The notes below the pieces were generated by a model that ran no database searches, was not told where the DNA came from, and saw nothing but the letters and a program-made list of their open reading frames with translations. Positions 55,975 to 64,000 of a stretch of 64,000 nt of DNA are shown in pieces. Numbering within the stretch: position 1 is the first letter of the stretch; the number at the start of each line of letters is the position of its first letter. Made by a program: the position numbers and the translations under genes. Source of the stretch: the human T2T-CHM13v2.0 reference genome, Homo sapiens; the NCBI RefSeq assembly GCF_009914755.1, contig NC_060930.1; one strand, written 5' to 3'.

Positions 55975-57789
55975 TGATAGCTCCCGCCTGCTGGATCCCC
56001 ATTCATGAAGCTTTAATAGGACAAGCCCAAACTCAAATCAATCTTGAGATTTAGTATTGAGACCTTTATATAGAATCTCTATTCGGGGTATGTGATAATA
56101 GCAGACTTGTTTTGTGAATCTATTTATTAAGGATATTTTCTGATTGTGTATATTGCAGAGCACATTGAGGCTTGGAGAATGCATTTGTAAACACCATACC
56201 TCCATTAGGTGATTTCTTTCTAATTCTTGCAAATGTCTAATCATCTGTAAAATACCCTTCTCTGGCCCGTAATGGAAATGTTAAAAGCCTTTAAGTTCAA
56301 AAGGAAAGAATGGTGTGAAAACTGGTAGTACATTTGTTTCCCACTGTCATTAGAAAATGCTTGTGATGTTCTTACACTTCTTGAATTGGTAGCATTTTAT
56401 GGGTTAACCAGTGAATGGCTGTTGAAGACATGAAGAACTTCTTTTGTCTCCTCCTCCTCTCTGACCTAGGTTCTATTGCCTATGCCCTGCAAGGTGAAAT
56501 AGACAGATAGCTGAGATTTTTAGCATGAATTTTAGACTTCACCTTCATTATTTTTAGGGGTTCTTAGTCACTGAATTCCTTCCTGTCTGTGCTGTTCTGC
56601 CAATGGCCTTTACCACTAGTAGCTATTTCCTATTCCAAGCTTTACTGTTTTGTTTTTTAATCATTTCCCTTGGGTAAGAATATGTGCATCAACAGGAATG
56701 TCAGAGCATACTGTTTCATGCAGGCACAAAATTCTGCTCTATGGATGTGCATAATTATGACAATAAGGAAGTTGACTGTACAAGCTCAATTAAATGCTCA
56801 TAGTCTACATAAGAGCAGGAATCTCAGGTCCTTATATCTGTGACAGTCCCAAACCATCCTAATAGAAATAATATGTCCAAGGGCAGAAAATCCTTGTTGA
56901 CAAGGATTACGATAAGAACACTAACTTAATTAACTTCATTCAAAAGCCAAGTACATTAACTTTGGCTTTTTTTGACTTGGGTAACTTAGAGTGATTGGTG
57001 GACATGGGTTTTTAAATTTTGATTCTGGGGGCTCTTGTACATTACCCCAACGTCTTGCCTAGATTTATGAAACACTGATTCTTAGAAACATAGATAGAAA
57101 GAAAACTGGGGATAGCTACTATCTGCATTGTTCTTGGCATTAAATTAAGTGATACTTAGAGGTAGGTAATTATGTGAAGTCATCATCACGGGGTTTATGT
57201 GCCTGACAATTTGTGGTTTTAATCATCTCCCATTTGTTACCAAAAAGAGATGGAGTCAACTTTGGGGGAGTTGGAAACAAAGATTCTGCTGAATTAAAAA
57301 TGTGGTAGAAAGAGGAACACCTTATTAAGAGAATTAACTGACTTTTAGCTTTATTTCCTTAAGAAAGGAAATGCTCTATTTCCACTAGAAAAAAAAAAGG
57401 AATATAAATAGGAAACACTTATTTTGTAAACATGTCATTTAAATCAACAAGGAGCCACACTACAAATAAAACTACAAAAGCAGGTGCATTTTGGTAACAT
57501 TTTCTGGGAAATCATTTTTAGACTCAGAGTCCTTTTGTTTCTTCACTTTCAAGAAAACTCCTTAAGATTCTAAAAAAGGAAGAAAAGATATTTAGGGAGG
57601 GAGGAAAACAAATGACTTTTTCTTTGATTTTAATTAGCACCTTTTAAAAAAAAATTAATCCTTCCCCTGATAGGAGGGTTCTTCAAAGGCAATATCTGTT
57701 TGGGGAGGGGGTGATTCACAAGTTTGCATTTGAGGATATGAGACTGCGGTGAATGAGGAAGGGAGTAGGTGGCATAAAATTGAAACTTC

Positions 57790-58100
57790 ATGTGAAAAAT
57801 TCCAGCGTCTATTGGCTGCAGCGATTTCACTTGTATAATGAGTAGCCCTATTCCAGCTCACCCTGACCACACCCACTTGGAAAGTCCAGGGTGCACTTCG
57901 CAGTTTAAATGTCTACACACCAGAACAAAAAGTACAATAGCTGTTGCTCAATTGCTAGTCAAATAACTTAGCACTGGGGAATTCCAGATGTTACTTAGGG
58001 AATTTTATACTGGTGCATCTCAATAAAGAACTGAAAGTAAGCACAAGAAGAAAAAAAGCCTTATCTTTGCTCTAGATTTTGCAAAGGGGAAATTTCAACA
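57790..58100. promoter_or_regulatory. Intron 2 enhancer with kB-like sites and a glucocorticoid-receptor-like site
   Basis: GGAAAGTCCA 57879-57888, AGAACAaaaAGTACA 57922-57936, GGGGAATTCC 57976-57985; consistent with a GR/NF-kB intron-2 enhancer recalled for this gene. Confidence 0.65.
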
Positions 58101-59149
58101 GAACGCAATCATTGCTACACGTCTGCCAAGACACAAGGCTTGGGCGATCTTTTTTGTTCATTTGTTTGAATACTTAGCTAGTTTTTCTAAATGTATACAT
58201 TGAAGGAATACTGGCTGTGGAAGTATATTTGAGGGTTTTTTGGTTTCTTTACAGTTTGACTGTAATTACAATTTGATAAAATTTCAAATAGCTCTATTGC
58301 CCTACTTATAGAGTAATGTAAGAAACAATGTAACTTTTCATTATAAAAATTATTTTGCACTTGCCAAAGGAGATTAAGGAGTTAACTTTTTTTGTTTTAA
58401 ACATTCCCCCAAAATATTTATCGTTTGGGGGTTGAAAAAAATGCAGCCCATTGAATTGTGAGTTTTAAACTGGAAAGGTCACAGATTAATGGCATACAAT
58501 TAAACCTGTTTTTTTGTTTGTTTTTCTTCTCAAAATGTTAGCCCTAAACACTGAATTATTTTCAAATTTAGACACCCAGGTGCTTTTTAACTTTTGTACT
58601 TTACAGTTACTAACAAGCAGGTTTGCATAAGGCATTTTTGAGAGCCGGACTAGCAGGCCATAGGTAATTCCGTGTTGTCAATACGACTTTCCACACCAGG
58701 AGAGGAAACTCCCAGGGCCCAAAGGCTAAAGTGGAATGGTCAAGTCATTTGCCATTGAGTCATAGCCAGACCATCCCTATCTAGCAAGCCATGCCTGCTT
58801 CCTGGTTTGTGCATGTTGCCCTGTGTGCTCCTCCTTAGAACTAGAGAGCAGCAATGCCAGTGCCTTCACCAGCAAATCAAGGGATGGTAGGAAGGGATAG
58901 GGCTTTAGAGATCATCACTTACTGCCCTCATTTCACAAGAGGAAAAATGCCCAGTGAACTTAAGGAATTTCCTCCAGGTCACCTAAACTAGTTAGGAGCA
59001 GACTTAAGCTAGAACCAAGGTCCCCTGGCTCCTTTGCAGTTGGTGTCATTCATTAAAAAGAAGAATAAAAAGAACTCTTTTTTTCTTAAAGCTGTCATCA
59101 TCTTGTGAAATATCAGTTTGCCCTTGACTAGGAAATTACATCAAATTAA

Positions 59150-59467
<318 letters not shown>

Positions 59468-60104
59468 TAATTATCTACTAACAGAGCTCCATGGTGGGCA
59501 TAGGGTACCCCTGGGCGAGTCCCTGCCCTCTGGTAGCATCTGATGGACTAGGTCACATGAATTTGGCTAAGCGAAGCATACTCAATGGAAAACACCAGAA
59601 ACCTCCAGTGGGACTCACCCAAGGCTTTTGCCCTGCTTTTGGTTAGCAGATTCCCAGCTGTGGATCCGTTCCTGTAGCAGCGAGTCTTTTGATCATGGCC
59701 TTTTCCACTGGTGTTTTGTTGTTTTTCAGTTTGATTGCCCTTAGCTTTGCTGAGCCAGCCAGTAAGATTAAGACACGTGCCTCACCATCCTCAGTCACAA
59801 GTTTGGAATTTTTGTGAACATTTGGATAAGGGGCTGCAATATGATACCTCATCAGGGATTTTTTTTTAAAGCAGGTGCTGTCCCCGTCCTCCCCAACTTT
59901 TGAGTTTGCCTTGTAGTGGAAAAAAGTAAAGGAAGAAAACCGAAATGGGGAAAAAAGGGTGATCATTTGAATGATGGTTTCATGAAAGGGGAAAAAATAA
60001 GCTGAGTTATATAAATGAATAATTGTAGAGTGATGTCAGAATGACTTTTTAGTACAGGGAGTACAGGATACATTCAAGCTTTTTTTTCACCCCGCTCCCC
60101 TTAG

Positions 60105-60362
<258 letters not shown>

Positions 60363-60408
60363 TGATGAAAGTCACCTAAGGGCCTCATTTTCCTTTCTCT
60401 TTCTTTGA

Positions 60409-60615
<207 letters not shown>

Positions 60616-60867
60616 TAGACACTGAAACATCAGGGTTTTCCTTTTTGCTTCTTATTAAAACAGTCTTATTTAAGTATATTATTTTTATTTAAATATATTG
60701 TTCTGTGACTTGCTTGGTTAGTAAGAGTAATGCAGTAGCAGTAATCATAATACCCTCATATCTTTTTGAATATGACTTGGAAAGTACTTTCATACATGAT
60801 AAATTAAGGCGCACAGTGCTCTTAATACAGTGCCTGGTATGGAGCAAGTAAACGCCTGTCAGGTTAG

Positions 60868-61018
60868 TTTTTTTCTTTTTGAGACAGGGTTTCCCTCCAT
60901 TGTCCAGGCTGGAGTGCAGTGGCACAATCATGGCTCATTGCAGCCTCCACCCCCTGGGCTCAAGCAGTCTCTCGCTTTGGCCTCTCAAATTTACAGGCAC
61001 GAGCCACCATGCCTGGCC
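60868..61018 (-). mobile_element. Internally deleted Alu/monomer in intron 5
   Basis: TTTGAGACAGGG...CAGGCTGGAGTGCAGTGGC...GAGCCACCATGCCTGGCC. Confidence 0.8.
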
Positions 61019-61039
61019 TGTTAGCTGTTATTTTAATAG

Positions 61040-61275
61040 CCTCATGTGGAATAAGCACTGTGCTTTGGAAATATTATTTTACTGCATTTTTATCCTTTTA
61101 GCACTCTTGTGAGATGTAGGCCTTGGTAGCCTTATTTTACATATTAGACAGTTAAAGCTCAGAGAGGTCAACTAACCTGCCTAATGCCACACAGCTTGAT
61201 AGTGACAAAGCCAGGATTCAAACTCAGGTCAGTCTGATTCTAAAGCCTGGGACTTTAACCAATAAGATCCACCAC
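61040..61275 (-). mobile_element. MIR SINE in intron 5
   Basis: GCTCAGAGAGGTCAACTAACCTGCC...CACACAGC...GCCAGGATTCAAACTCAGG. Confidence 0.7.
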
Positions 61276-61338
61276 CTCCAGGCTGGTTAATGTTATGTGA
61301 GTTTCCTGGAAACAGTGCATTTTTATATTAGATTGTAG

Positions 61339-61674
<336 letters not shown>

Positions 61675-62792
61675 TAAGCAGTTTATGTTCAGCTCTCTCC
61701 TGTGTCATCTGTAACTGTCTTTAACCTCAGCCACCTGAGTTGCTGCCACCCTGAAGCTCAACAGTAGAGTGATTTGCGGCCAGTTTCTGCCAATGGGAAA
61801 CAAATTCAGAGTCTTGTGCATGGTTAGAGAGGATTATGTAAGGCAGTACTAACTTGGGTTTCAAATCAAAACATGTCATTTATCCATAATGATTTTCCTG
61901 GATATCTGGATCCCAAAAGTCAGAATTGCAGAATTATGGGTTTTCAAAGTGCATTTACATCAAGGATAGTTGTTGTTTCTTGTTTTTGTATTTTAATTAC
62001 TCTGGTACATATTAAAAAGACTAGTGAAAACACTTGGAAACAAAAGCCTTTCTCTCTTGGCTTCTTGGTAAGAACAGGCACATCAGACATAGATGGAGCT
62101 GTAGAATTGTTTATGTTGCAGCTCATGATTCTGCCACATGGAAATGGGAGGAAAGCCCCAGAATACCCATTGTGCAGGTATCCGGTCTTTAAACATTGGC
62201 TTTATGTTAAAGAGATGCCTGTTTCTGAGCACTTGAAACGCACAACAGATGACAAGGAAGCCGTAAGAGAATCTGTCTCTCAATGTGGAGATTAGCAAAT
62301 TACAGAGTCAACAGTAAATAGACAAGCGCCTTTGAGTGTGTCTGCGTCTTAGTTACTCATGGCTGCTAATGCTGGTGGAGACTAGACACAAGTTTAAAGT
62401 TAGTAACAGCAAAATACCCAACCTGAGGTTCCAAAGTAGTTTGTACTATAAAGTAGACTAGTCCCAAACCAATGGCCTCAGTAATATTTTACTCAGAATT
62501 TGATCTCTGAGAAATTGGAAAGTCAACTGATTTTTCTTAGCCCTTGTTTTAGAACTATCTATAATTTTTGGATGGACCAAGATTGATTAAATGAAACTGT
62601 GATTTTAAAAATAAGGAAGTCTTAGCAAACTAACTGACATCATTCTTGACTCGAACATGTTGGGAAATGTGTCAGATCATGTTGCGTGAAAAGTGTGAGC
62701 TCTTCATCACAGGCCTGCATTTCAGTGAATGGTTCTACAATTCTTGCCATAATCCACATTCTAAAACTTTGTTCTATGAGCTAATGATGTAA

Positions 62793-63773
<981 letters not shown>

Positions 63774-64000
63774 TGAAGTGGTTGACTTCCTAACACAGCG
63801 GCTGCTGTCCAGAAGGGGTTTTGTTCCTGACCTTTAAGAAAAAAAGCCCATGTAGGCAGTCAGGCAGAACTGTCAGGACCTACCGTGCTTTTCTACCAGC
63901 TTGTGCAGGGGACAGTCACGGTGGCCCTGCCAGCCGCCCATGGAGGCAAAAGGCACTGCGTGATTACAGCAGCTCCTAATATCACATTCCAAAAACCAGA

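Noticed and set aside
58406-58431. CCCCCAAA...TTTGGGGG hairpin in intron 2
   Set aside because: An 8-bp stem is expected by chance in 64 kb
61873-62295. 140-aa ORF in intron 6
   Set aside because: No recognisable domain or flanking splice architecture; treated as chance

Overview
Human (primate) genomic DNA from the TNFAIP3 (A20) locus, 6q23.3. The right-hand 12 kb hold the CpG-island promoter (tandem NF-kB sites, E-box palindrome, GC boxes), non-coding exon 1 and coding exons 2-7 of TNFAIP3 on the + strand (codons 1-635: OTU domain and zinc fingers 1-4); the gene runs off the window end. All six coding exons have GT-AG junctions and join in phase. The upstream ~50 kb is the region of the antisense lncRNA WAKMAR2 (- strand; extent from recall, with a matching poly(A) signal near 8.1 kb). 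It is rich in Alu, L1, L2, MIR, MaLR, MER4, MER5/MER58 elements and a solo HERV-K LTR5. The most notable unexplained signal is a chain of - strand exon-like segments with good splice sites and coding-like or once-interrupted frames between ~0.3 and 21.3 kb. The best is a 353-bp stop-free exon at 19646-19998. I infer, but cannot prove, that these are fossils of a lost multi-exon protein gene under WAKMAR2. Also notable: a 57-bp templated duplication fused to a perfect 30-bp palindrome, a 24-bp triple repeat giving TNFAIP3 exon 1 three identical donors, a 5'UTR uORF, an L1 with an apparent 3' transduction and a poly(T)-headed L1. There are no prokaryotic-type systems (CRISPR etc.). Repeat subfamily names are from recognition of consensus sequence, not a RepeatMasker run.
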